From NCBI GenBank assembly GCA_964505555.1, contig CAZDIO010000056.1:1-27221 (forward strand): a stretch of 27,221 nt of DNA. Reading direction: 5' to 3'. Below the pieces are notes generated by a model, which saw only the letters and a program-made list of their open reading frames with translations, was not told the DNA's origin and searched no databases. The position numbers and the translations under genes are program-made. Of this stretch, positions 17,660 through 25,146 are shown one piece after another. Source of the stretch: an uncultured Bdellovibrionales bacterium. Lineage in GTDB: Bacteria > Bdellovibrionota_C > UBA2361 > SZUA-149 > CAZDIO01. Numbering within the stretch: position 1 is the first letter of the stretch; each line of letters begins with the position of its first letter.

Positions 17660-18222
17660 TTCCGTGCGATGCGAATGATCGCTTCGAGGCTACGTTCTAC
17701 TTCTTCTTTGGTTGTTGCCCACGATGAGACACTGATTCTCATTGCTGACTTTCCTTGCCAGAGGGTTCCACCGCACCAGCATGTTCCATCTTTTCGGCTA
17801 ATTCAATTCCTCGGGTAAGCGATTTTCGTTTCGGGTCAACGGTGAGCCACAAACCAAAAGCTCCATCAACATGGACCCATGAACCTCCATCTTTTGCTTT
17901 GGGGATAATCTCTTCGAGGGGATCAACGGCGCCAGTGTTAACATTTCCAACCTGAGTACAAACTATCGTTTGTGGAGTAAGCTTTGGAAGGGCATCTGCG
18001 ATCATTCTTCCCTGACTGTCTGTGGATAGTTGCCGGTGAGCCGATCTCATCGAGGATGGAAAGAACGACCTTTTCGTCGGTGGGTGTTTCAGGAAGCGCT
18101 CCGCCAAGTTCAACAAGTTTTGCTAGCGCTTGAGGAGAAGGGGTAACATTTCGAGACTGGATCTGTTCACAATAAGCACGTGCACGCAAACCAGCTTCTT
18201 CGAGAATTTCGTATGTTCTCAT
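17660..18222 (-). pseudogene. Decayed remnant of a group-II PLP-dependent amino-acid decarboxylase (DABA/aromatic/glutamate decarboxylase family).
   Basis: Three pieces on the minus strand in two different frames. N-terminal-like: QIQSRNVTPSPQALAKLVE...ETPTDEKVVLSILDEI (17938-18222). PLP core: VGNVNTGAVDPLEEI...WVHVDGAFGLW (17739-18116). C-terminal: MRISVSSWATTKEEVERSLEAIIRIARK (~17660-17752). Total span ~560 bp versus ~1.4 kb for an intact gene, so there are large internal deletions plus a frameshift. Confidence 0.65.
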
Positions 18223-18415
18223 TCCTCCCTCCTTGGGGTTGTAAATGGTTTTTTGAAATTTGATATCTCCTTAGAAGATAAGAAAAAAAAGAGAGCGACG
18301 CTCCGGGTTCTGCAATTTGCGAGAAAATCCCAGAGCGCCGCTCCTAATTCTTCGTATCCGTCCCCACGGATTACTCAGGAGATGGACTTGGGAGTCCATC
18401 TATTACGACGCCACT

Positions 18416-19027
18416 TCACCCGCTGCCGAACTGAAGCAGGGTGGTCATCGTTTTGATGAGCAGTACACCGCGATTCGTTGTCAGTGTCTGCGCGCAGTTG
18501 CCCATCGCCGTCATCGTCAGGCTTTGTCCACTCGCTGCGGTCGTCTTCATGGTGTGCGTCGCCAACTCGGAGGTTTGCATCGCTTGCCCGAAGCCCGTCA
18601 TCGGGGGACATTTCATCACGCTTTCGGCCATCGTTTGGGCACCGCCAATTACTTCCATCGGCTGGTGTTGGTCGGTTCGGATCGTCGCTTCGGTAAACGC
18701 TGCCGTCATGTCGTGTACGGCAATGGTCGTCGACATCGTCCAATTCTCGACGTTGAGAGGTGGCGTGCCGCTGCAAACTTCTGCGACGAAAGGCGGGCTT
18801 GTTGCCGTTGCCCGATTCAGAACCGATACGGCTTGCACTTCTTTCATCCTGGGTACGGCCTGCTCAATGGTGGCCGTATTCTGCGCCGTCATGTCAGTAA
18901 CGACGGCTTGTGTGACCGCATGCGTCGAGTTGTCTGCTGCTTGGGCCGGGGCGGCACCAAGAACCAGCAAGCAACACATGGCAATTCCGCAACATGCGGC
19001 GTATCGACCGATCGTACATGCTTTCAT
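18416..19027 (-). CDS. Hypothetical secreted Met/Thr/Ala/His-rich protein in a GC-rich patch, possibly a periplasmic metal (copper)-binding protein.
   Basis: Start taken at the MKAC ATG with a GGGAGAA SD 7 nt upstream. Signal peptide with an AQA-AD cleavage site. The mature part carries Met/His motifs (HDMTAAF, HQPM, MAESVM, CPPMTGFGQAMQ, HTM, MTAMGNC). Three long ORFs overlap here because of high GC; this frame was chosen for its signal peptide and SD. Confidence 0.45.
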   Translation of the reverse strand: MKACTIGRYAACCGIAMCCLLVLGAAPAQAADNSTHAVTQAVVTDMTAQNTATIEQAVPRMKEVQAVSVLNRATATSPPFVAEVCSGTPPLNVENWTMSTTIAVHDMTAAFTEATIRTDQHQPMEVIGGAQTMAESVMKCPPMTGFGQAMQTSELATHTMKTTAASGQSLTMTAMGNCAQTLTTNRGVLLIKTMTTLLQFGSG

Positions 19028-19131
19028 GTGATTCTCCCAGTTTGAGATGTGGTTGTTGCACACTATCCGACCAACGAAAGGGAAAGAAACCGAACCGTGG
19101 GGACGGGACGAAGTTTCGTAGCTTCAACAGC

Positions 19132-19180
19132 CGGATATGTGCCATGAAACATTAAGTTAATGCCTCATGGCACATATCCG
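19132..19180. promoter_or_regulatory. 16-bp perfect inverted repeat CGGATATGTGCCATGA (17-nt loop) TCATGGCACATATCCG, ~105 bp upstream of the 18416-19027 gene start.
   Basis: Read directly. No obvious T-tract follows the right arm on the plus strand. It could be an operator or a terminator for upstream transcription. Confidence 0.35.
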
Positions 19181-19461
19181 ACTTTTATAAATATCAGGTG
19201 AGATTTTCTTGAAATTACAGGAAAGAACCTACAAGGAAACCACTTCTAAAACACACTAAAACAGTTTCCCAAAGCGCCGCTTCTCGTAAGAAAGCTCATG
19301 CTCTTTAACGAGAAGCAGCAAAATAGGTCTTCCATCAAAACGTCAGAAGTAAAAGATCGCTCAATCGAATCGATTGAGAACTACTTAAGGCAAGTAAGAT
19401 GACTTGTCCTTGGTGGCTTATCACATGAAATTTTTTCAAAGACAATATTAAAAATCTGCAC

Positions 19462-19584
19462 CCTTGTCATTGCGAGCCCCACGCTTTGCTCTGGGGAAAC
19501 TTCGCGCGGCAATCTCTTACTTGTTTAATAAGAGATTGCCGCGCTTCGCCTAGTAGTCAGCCCTCCCGGCTCGTAACAAAAAGA
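19462..19584. repeat. Nested-palindrome repeat, copy 3. Outer CCTTGTCATTGCGAGC...GCTCGTAACAA (3' arm partly deleted). Inner GCGCGGCAATCTCTTA / TAAGAGATTGCCGCGC.
   Basis: Same architecture as copies 19638-19740 and 24439-24539. The inner stem sequence differs from those copies but remains complementary. Confidence 0.6.
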
Positions 19585-19637
19585 GACAAAGGGAGATAGC
19601 AGCTATTAAATAAAGAATATCTCGAAAGTAACTGCCA

Positions 19638-19740
19638 CCCTGTCGTTGCGAGCCGGGAGGCCCGGCCGCCGGGCGCAGCGAAGCAATCTCGGATTACGTA
19701 GATAGTTCGAGATTGCTTCGCTGCGCTCGCAACGACAGGG
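19638..19740. repeat. Nested-palindrome repeat, copy 1 (103 bp). Outer CCCTGTCGTTGCGAGC / GCTCGCAACGACAGGG, then GC-rich CCGGGAGGCCCGGCCGCCGGGC, inner GCAGCGAAGCAATCTCG / CGAGATTGCTTCGCTGC.
   Basis: Perfect outer and inner inverted repeats read from the sequence. Confidence 0.7.
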
Positions 19741-19837
19741 TGGGTCGTCATTCCAGGTTGCCTCGTATCGCTTGGAGGGAGGCCAGGCCTTCCGGCTTCT
19801 CGTGACAGAGGGTTGCTTTTTAAGGATTATCGGTGAC

Positions 19838-19864
19838 TGTCATCCCCGCAAACCGGGGATGACA
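19838..19864. terminator. 11-bp GC-rich hairpin TGTCATCCCCG-CAAAC-CGGGGATGACA, 12 nt downstream of the 19877 gene end (minus strand).
   Basis: Perfect stem. No clear U-tract on either strand, so it may be a terminator without a T-tract or a REP-like element. Confidence 0.35.
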
Positions 19865-19876
19865 ACAAGTAGAAGA

Positions 19877-20902
19877 CTACTCTTGACCTGAGCGGATCGC
19901 TTCAAGTCGGGCGATCCGTTTGGCGATCATTCTATTGATCTCTGTTTCGTGATGCTTAATGTCAATACCGTTTTCTGCTAGCGGTTTTGCTTCTGCAATA
20001 AATGCCTCTTTCTCTGGAGTTTTTCGTCCACGCATCATCTGTCCCAGAGTGCCACGTAAGTTTTTTGTGGCACCGTTATAATCTTTTGCTGCGGCGAGCT
20101 CTTCGCTATAGGTCATGACAATTGCGTTTCCGGTTTCAACAGCCGACTTATCCCAGGCGCTCATTTTGGCACCAAACTCGTTCCACTGATCAAGATGAGA
20201 TTTAAACTCTTCTTGTTGTCTCTCCTGGAGTTCTGCAAATTCAAAGCCCTGATCCTCGCCGTAGTTTTTCAAAGAACGATCAAGGTTTGACATCGCATCA
20301 CCATAGTTTCGTTCGTTGAGTCTCATAGCTTTCTTAAATGCTACGGTGTGCTCTCGTCCTTCATATGATTTTAGAATGTTTTCACGTGCTTGGTGGAATT
20401 GGTTTGTGAGGTGGTCCCTTTCTGGTTTTTGTAAATTAATCTGCTCTTCAAAAGCCTTCTTGTGGGATTCAATAAGGTCACCCTGTTGTTGAAGGTGAAG
20501 TTTTTGGAGATCGTCTAATTTCGTAATTGCTGGGGGCACGGGTCTCGAGGATTTTAACTCGTTTAGAGCTTGGTCCCAGTTGCTGTTTTGATCACGAATT
20601 GTTTGGAAAGCTGTTGCCGCAGCTTTGGCGTTGGTAACAAGGCCTCCTACACGTTCATCTCTTTTCCAACTCCAAGCAACACCTTCAGTTTCTGGTGCCT
20701 TGATCTGTCCGTATGCTCGCGCAAGTCTCGTGTTTTCGGCGATCTGTGCAGCAGTGCCTGATGAACTTGCCGGGGGTAAAGTAAGAGTTGGTGCAACATC
20801 AATAGGGGTAGGCATTTTAGCTTGTTGCTCTGGAATTGTGGAAGAGGTCTTAACGCTTCTCATTACTACCTCTCCGCTTGGACCGCGCACTGCTCCGCTC
20901 AT
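19877..20902 (-). CDS. Hypothetical coiled-coil-rich protein (342 aa) with a low-complexity Ala/Pro/Ser/Thr N-terminus.
   Basis: Start at the MSGAVRG ATG with an AAGGAG SD 7 nt upstream; the ORF track's upstream Met lacks an SD. Highly charged E/K/Q-rich helical composition and no recognisable domain. Confidence 0.55.
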   Translation of the reverse strand: MSGAVRGPSGEVVMRSVKTSSTIPEQQAKMPTPIDVAPTLTLPPASSSGTAAQIAENTRLARAYGQIKAPETEGVAWSWKRDERVGGLVTNAKAAATAFQTIRDQNSNWDQALNELKSSRPVPPAITKLDDLQKLHLQQQGDLIESHKKAFEEQINLQKPERDHLTNQFHQARENILKSYEGREHTVAFKKAMRLNERNYGDAMSNLDRSLKNYGEDQGFEFAELQERQQEEFKSHLDQWNEFGAKMSAWDKSAVETGNAIVMTYSEELAAAKDYNGATKNLRGTLGQMMRGRKTPEKEAFIAEAKPLAENGIDIKHHETEINRMIAKRIARLEAIRSGQE

Positions 20903-21229
20903 GCTCAAACTCCTTCTTAAGAAAAGTAAATTAAATTGGTAATAGCCCGCACCGCGGACTTGTATACTGTTATTATGTGTAGAAGCGTCGGTAATGTGCT
21001 GTGAGAAATGCAAAGAAAAGCAGTTTCTAGACGTCCTTGTAGTTTAATAGGGAGGATATAAGGGGTGATTACGCCACTTGGCAGCTCCGGTATCCATTGC
21101 TTCCTTGCTTTTTCCAAGTATTTAAGAGACAATGACTGCCTTTAATGGAACTGCCCTTTGTTCACTGCGGTATGCATTTTGAGAACAGCTACTGGAAGAA
21201 TAAATGGGACGACAATTGAATAGGAAAGG

Positions 21230-21625
21230 ATGATGAACATTTATATTGGAAATTTAGCATACGAAGTGAATGAAGAGGATCTCCGTACTGCTTTCTCGGC
21301 GTTTGGAAGAGTTACCTCAGCAAAGATAGTCAGTGATATGTATTCAGGGCAATCAAAGGGATTTGGCTTTGTTGAGATGGAAAGCAAAGAAGCTGGTGAA
21401 AAGGCGATTGCTGACCTCAATGGAACAGAGCTTAAAGGCCGCGCTATTGTTGTGAATGAAGCACGTCCCCGCACTGAAAGAAGTGGCGGCGGCGGTGGTG
21501 GTGGCGGCGGTCGTGGTGGTCCACGTCGCGGCGGCGGCGGTGGCGGCGGAGGAGGCGGTGGTGGTCACCGTGGTGGTCGTGGTGGCGGCGGAGGAGGCGG
21601 TGGCGGTGGTGGAAACCGCTGGTAG
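21230..21625 (+). CDS. Glycine-rich RNA-binding protein (single RRM plus a C-terminal G/R tail).
   Basis: RNP-2 IYIGNL and RNP-1 KGFGFVEM, followed by a ~50-aa GGGGRGG tail encoded by a (GGN)n tract. The alternative ATG at 21233 is equally plausible. Confidence 0.85.
   Translation: MMNIYIGNLAYEVNEEDLRTAFSAFGRVTSAKIVSDMYSGQSKGFGFVEMESKEAGEKAIADLNGTELKGRAIVVNEARPRTERSGGGGGGGGGRGGPRRGGGGGGGGGGGGHRGGRGGGGGGGGGGGNRW
21483..21612 (+). repeat. (GGC/GGT/GGA)n simple-sequence tract encoding the Gly/Arg tail.
   Basis: Read directly. Slippage-prone, in-frame triplet repeat. Confidence 0.6.
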
Positions 21626-21639
21626 GCTTTCTTGCCAGT

Positions 21640-21695
21640 AAGGCTGAAATCCTTAAGTGTTTTAAATGCTTCTGGATTTCAGCCTTTGTAAATTG
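21640..21695 (+). terminator. Intrinsic terminator after the RRM gene: 13-bp stem AAGGCTGAAATCC / GGATTTCAGCCTT with a 21-nt loop, followed by a T-rich run.
   Basis: Perfect inverted repeat starting 15 nt after the stop codon. Confidence 0.55.
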
Positions 21696-21865
21696 TCTTT
21701 GGTTTTAATCGAGCTGTTTTTTACTTGATCTTTTTCTCATCAAGTATCTTTTTGTGGGATTCCCCGCATAACCTCTGGTGATAAGAACGAGGTAAGGTAA
21801 GTGGTCCCAACGTGTGGCCTGCTTCGAGTCACAAGATCATAAGTTGTTCTTAAGTAGTTCTAGGT

Positions 21866-22348
21866 ATGCGTTTCTTAATTACAAGATATCTCATTCGATA
21901 CAGCGTATTTGCTATCCTCTTGCTGGTGGGTGTTTTAGTTGGAAGTAGCATCCTCCATTTCTGGCTCGGTATTGAGTTTGGAAATGATTTTGTTACCGCA
22001 TTTGTAAAAGCCTCCCCAAAAGCGATTATAGATTTTATATTGCTGCAAATCCCCTCTGATCTTATTCAGGTTAAAACCCTCTTTACATTCGGTGCGCTGT
22101 TTGTTGCCTTTTTAGTGTTATTTTCTGTTGTCTCCCTCATTTCTGGGGCAGTTTATCGAAAAGCTTTTAAAAGAAAAGATCTTCTTGAAGAGCAAACAGG
22201 TCTTCCGGTGATTGTGGCCATTCCGCCAATGAATGCGCCGCTTGGGTTTGGAAAAAAGATTTTTTCATATGTTTCTTTTGCTGTGGCGATCGCAGGGATT
22301 GTAAGCTTGCTGATGCTCTATACCGGAGGTAGCACATGGGCGTTGTAA
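21866..22348 (+). CDS. Minimal polysaccharide co-polymerase (Wzz/CapA-like) membrane protein that lacks the periplasmic domain.
   Basis: Three predicted TM segments. The conserved PCP C-terminal motif EEQTGLPVIVAIPP precedes the last TM. Overlaps the downstream kinase-like gene by 13 nt. Weak SD. Confidence 0.55.
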   Translation: MRFLITRYLIRYSVFAILLLVGVLVGSSILHFWLGIEFGNDFVTAFVKASPKAIIDFILLQIPSDLIQVKTLFTFGALFVAFLVLFSVVSLISGAVYRKAFKRKDLLEEQTGLPVIVAIPPMNAPLGFGKKIFSYVSFAVAIAGIVSLLMLYTGGSTWAL

Positions 22349-23094
22349 GCATTAAACAAGAGCGATCGGTAAGTCAGCTCCTCCAAAAGATGCCAGCACC
22401 ACACGCAGCACCATTTGACGGCACGATTTTACTTCCCGAAGGACAAATTATTGATTTCCCCGCTGCGGAACGTTTCCGAGTATTGTGTGCAAAGATAACG
22501 CGTGCAAATGAAGGCTCAAAGAGGTACCGAGTAATTTCGGTGCTCAGTAGCCTTCCCAAAGAGGGAAAGAGTGTTACGGCGGTAAATTTAGCGCGAGCAT
22601 TCAGTGCTGATCCACTTTGTAAAACGCTTCTTATTGATACCAACATTCGAAAGCCTTCGGTGCATCGCTTTTTTAATTTAAGTGAGCGGCCGGGACTTAC
22701 GAACGTTTTGACTGGAAAGCGAGCATTTGAAGAGTGTGTTGTGTCTGTAAGTCCTACTCTTGATGTGCTTCCAGCGGGTAATTTTTTAGGAGATCCGGCA
22801 GAGCTTGTACGCAGGCCTGCATTTGCTGATCTTCTGAATATCGCTCGTCTTGAGTATCGATATACTGTTGTCGATACCCCACCGGTCCAACTTTGTGCTG
22901 AGCCGATCACCATTAGTTCACTCGTTGATACCTCACTCTTAGTTGTTCGGGGACCACGACGGAAGGAACTCGCACAGGATACAATTAAGAGTATCCAAGC
23001 TGAGCGTATTTTTGGAATCGTTATGAATGAGGTTCGCGAACTTTCAAGCAAGTATCTTAAGGGAAGCGGGTACTACCGAAGTTTTCCACACTAA
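22336..23094 (+). CDS. BY-kinase-like (CpsD/CapB/EpsB-type) P-loop ATPase with a degenerate Walker A.
   Basis: ISVLSSLPKEGKSVTAVNLARAF corresponds to I.S..PGEGKS.T..NLA.AFA with G-to-K at the first Gly. Walker A' LLIDTNIRKPSVH and Walker B VVDTPP are present. A short C-terminal GYY tyrosine cluster. GGAGG SD 7 nt upstream. Confidence 0.7.
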   Translation: MGVVSIKQERSVSQLLQKMPAPHAAPFDGTILLPEGQIIDFPAAERFRVLCAKITRANEGSKRYRVISVLSSLPKEGKSVTAVNLARAFSADPLCKTLLIDTNIRKPSVHRFFNLSERPGLTNVLTGKRAFEECVVSVSPTLDVLPAGNFLGDPAELVRRPAFADLLNIARLEYRYTVVDTPPVQLCAEPITISSLVDTSLLVVRGPRRKELAQDTIKSIQAERIFGIVMNEVRELSSKYLKGSGYYRSFPH

Positions 23095-23454
23095 TCTATC
23101 AATATCAGCTTAATTTTATTTTCATCGTCGACCGAGGCTTGGTCGGGGTAACTTTTGAGAAGTGCTTCCTGTCCGTCTTCGCTTTGCAAGTGGAGTTGAA
23201 TAGCGTTGTTTCGATCCTGATTTAGGTTGAACAGAGAGCCTTTGAGAGGGTTTGTTTTTTTTTCGGGAAACTCGTTGGTACTCCTCAACTAATTGGTGTT
23301 GATAGGTAGCTTTATAGTTTAGTTTGCCGTTTCCACCACCACTTGCACCCATTCCGCCAAACCCAAGCATAGAGAGGAAGCGATTTATAGTCGCAACGAA
23401 TAGTTCGTTTAGGTCGTTCATGCCCATGTAGAGGTTATGGTTGAATGTCGACAA
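23091..23454 (-). CDS. Small hypothetical gene interrupted at an A9 homopolymer (plus-strand T9 at 23255-23263). The N-terminal frame runs 23122..23454 and the C-terminal frame 23091..23288. The protein is Gly-rich (GFGGMGASGGGNG).
   Basis: Two overlapping minus-strand ORFs in different frames. The upstream frame turns into basic low-complexity text after the A-run, while the other frame stays protein-like (TNPLKGSLFNLNQDRNNAIQLHLQSEDGQEALLK...). TTG start and weak SD. This could be a phase-variable gene, a programmed frameshift, a pseudogene, or a homopolymer sequencing error. Confidence 0.3.
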
Positions 23455-23616
23455 AAGTGCTCATGAAACGTTTAGATTATTTTTGATGGATCTTAGGTTG
23501 GTGAGATGTGGCTAGTGCGTCCCCCGGGGTAATATAAAAAATTTCGCTGTTACTAGCTGTTATGCTTAACTTAAGATCATTACTCAAACCTTTTCACTTT
23601 CATAGGAGAGCTGACC

Positions 23617-24198
23617 ATGAATCGTTTGTTGATATTAATTTTTTCACTTACCGCCGTTAGTTCTGCATTTGCAGAAACATATAAGATTGATCCGGACCAC
23701 AGTACTGCTGCGTTTAAGATTAAACATTTGGCGATCTCCACTGTGCCGGGTCGGTTTACGGATCTTTCTGGAACCGTTGAATTTGATCCGAAAAACATTG
23801 CAGCCGCAAAGGCTGAGGCAAAGATAAATGTTAGCAGTATTAACACTGAGCAAAAAAAACGAGATGAGCATCTGCGTAGCGAGGATTTCTTTTACGTGAC
23901 CAAGTTTCCTGAGATGACATTTGTTAGTAAGGAGATAAAAGATATTACGAGTGATAGCTTTAAAGTTGTTGGTGAGCTTACAATTCGCGGAGTGACAAAG
24001 CCAGTAGTGCTTGATGTTAAGTACCAGGGTGCAGCAAAAGATCCCTGGGGGAATGAGCGTGCAGCGTTTAGTGCTTCAACAAAGATTAATCGTAAAGACT
24101 TTGGACTTACATGGAATAAGGTGTTGGAAACAGGAGCTCTTGTTGTGGGAGAGGAGGCGACTATTGATATAGAGATTGAGGGGATAAAACAGGGGTAG
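23617..24198 (+). CDS. YceI-family periplasmic (polyisoprenoid-binding) protein.
   Basis: Signal peptide, then YKIDPDHSTAAFKIKHL...VPGRFTDLSGTVEFDP...RDEHLRSEDFF.V.KFPEMTF....GELTIRGVTKPV...R.DFG. AGGAGAG SD. Confidence 0.85.
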   Translation: MNRLLILIFSLTAVSSAFAETYKIDPDHSTAAFKIKHLAISTVPGRFTDLSGTVEFDPKNIAAAKAEAKINVSSINTEQKKRDEHLRSEDFFYVTKFPEMTFVSKEIKDITSDSFKVVGELTIRGVTKPVVLDVKYQGAAKDPWGNERAAFSASTKINRKDFGLTWNKVLETGALVVGEEATIDIEIEGIKQG

Positions 24199-24207
24199 TG
24201 TTTGTTT

Positions 24208-24277
24208 ATTGAACACAGAGTTAAATTCAAAAAACCATTTTTTCCTCTGTGTAACCCTGTGAAACTCTGTGTTCAAC
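24208..24277. mobile_element. Short (70 bp) MITE-like copy with a truncated left arm (ATTGAACACAGAGTT), a 22-bp core, and a full right arm.
   Basis: Arm identity to the other copies. Begins 10 nt after the YceI stop. Confidence 0.7.
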
Positions 24278-24438
24278 TGTATTTAAACTTAAAAGACCAA
24301 CTTTTTCATTCCCTACGGATATCCCTAGAAACCGATATATTTGACTCTGATTTTCTTTAAAGAAGAAGATCTTCTCAAGGTCATAGTTTTTTTTCACGAT
24401 AAAGATGTGAGGGCCTCTCATAAAATGACGCTCCATTC

Positions 24439-24539
24439 CTGTCGTTGCGAGCCGGGAGGCCCGGCCGCCGGGCGAAGCGAAGCAATCTCGAACCCTTATT
24501 GGTAATATGAGATTGCTTCGCTTCCCTCGCAACGACAGG
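24439..24539. repeat. Nested-palindrome repeat, copy 2 (101 bp). Outer CCTGTCGTTGCGAGC / CCTCGCAACGACAGG. Inner GAAGCGAAGCAATCTCG / AGATTGCTTCGCTTC.
   Basis: Near-identical to 19638-19740 except for the central loop and two compensatory changes in the inner stem. Confidence 0.7.
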
Positions 24540-24595
24540 CGTTTTCGTTGTGTTAGAGACTCTAAGTCTAAAATTCAGTAGTACGGTTATAAAAG

Positions 24596-25105
24596 ATGTT
24601 TCGGTTGTTCTCTCCGAAGGGGTTATTCTCCTCTCTGGTTTTTTCTTTTGTGGTGCTTGCGCTTTTTATGGCAGTACCAAAAACTTCATTTTTTATTGAT
24701 GCATTTAAAGAGTTGGTTCATTCCGCCAGTATTATGAAGTGGTGTGAAAAAGACGGAAAAGGAGTGATATATTCTCCAAATAAGCCAGAAAATCAAGAAT
24801 ATTATAGCTGCGGTCAGCTCTCTGCTTCTAAAGTTTGTGGAGAGCAAGGAGATAGGTTTTTTTCGGCCAAGACCTCACTTGATGATAAAAATATGAAATG
24901 CCTCCCCAGTTTTAAACTGCCAAAATTTAGTTTGGCAGAATACTTTCAATCTCCCGAACGCCCAACGAGTGTCGCTTCCGTAAAAAAACCATCAAAAAGT
25001 GAGAAACCAGCCGCCAAAGATCCGATGTTGGCCTTTCCAGATGCAGAAAAAATTGAGAATATCCTTTCGACGTTAACTCAGTTAAGAAAGGAGATGCTCA
25101 AGTAA
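24596..25105 (+). CDS. Hypothetical membrane-anchored or secreted protein (169 aa) with five Cys and a Lys/Pro/Ser-rich linker.
   Basis: N-terminal hydrophobic segment LFSSLVFSFVVLALFMAV. No recognisable domain. Weak SD. Confidence 0.5.
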   Translation: MFRLFSPKGLFSSLVFSFVVLALFMAVPKTSFFIDAFKELVHSASIMKWCEKDGKGVIYSPNKPENQEYYSCGQLSASKVCGEQGDRFFSAKTSLDDKNMKCLPSFKLPKFSLAEYFQSPERPTSVASVKKPSKSEKPAAKDPMLAFPDAEKIENILSTLTQLRKEMLK

Positions 25106-25146
25106 GGTTGTTGCTTTGAGACAAAGAAACGGTGAGACAAGAGATA

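Noticed and set aside
18317-19045. Plus-strand ORFs of 242 aa and 196 aa (18441-19031) overlapping the chosen minus-strand gene.
   Set aside because: Arg/Cys/His-rich low-complexity translations with no SD and no signal peptide. Long open frames on several strands are expected in a GC-rich patch.
22374-23051. Minus-strand 225-aa ORF antisense to the BY-kinase-like gene.
   Set aside because: Ser/Arg-rich low-complexity translation. The sense frame has Walker A', Walker B and an SD.
127-24277. CRISPR array, suggested by the repeated CACAGAG-containing elements.
   Set aside because: The repeats are inverted rather than direct and are scattered over 24 kb, not regularly spaced 25-40 bp apart. 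No cas genes are present.
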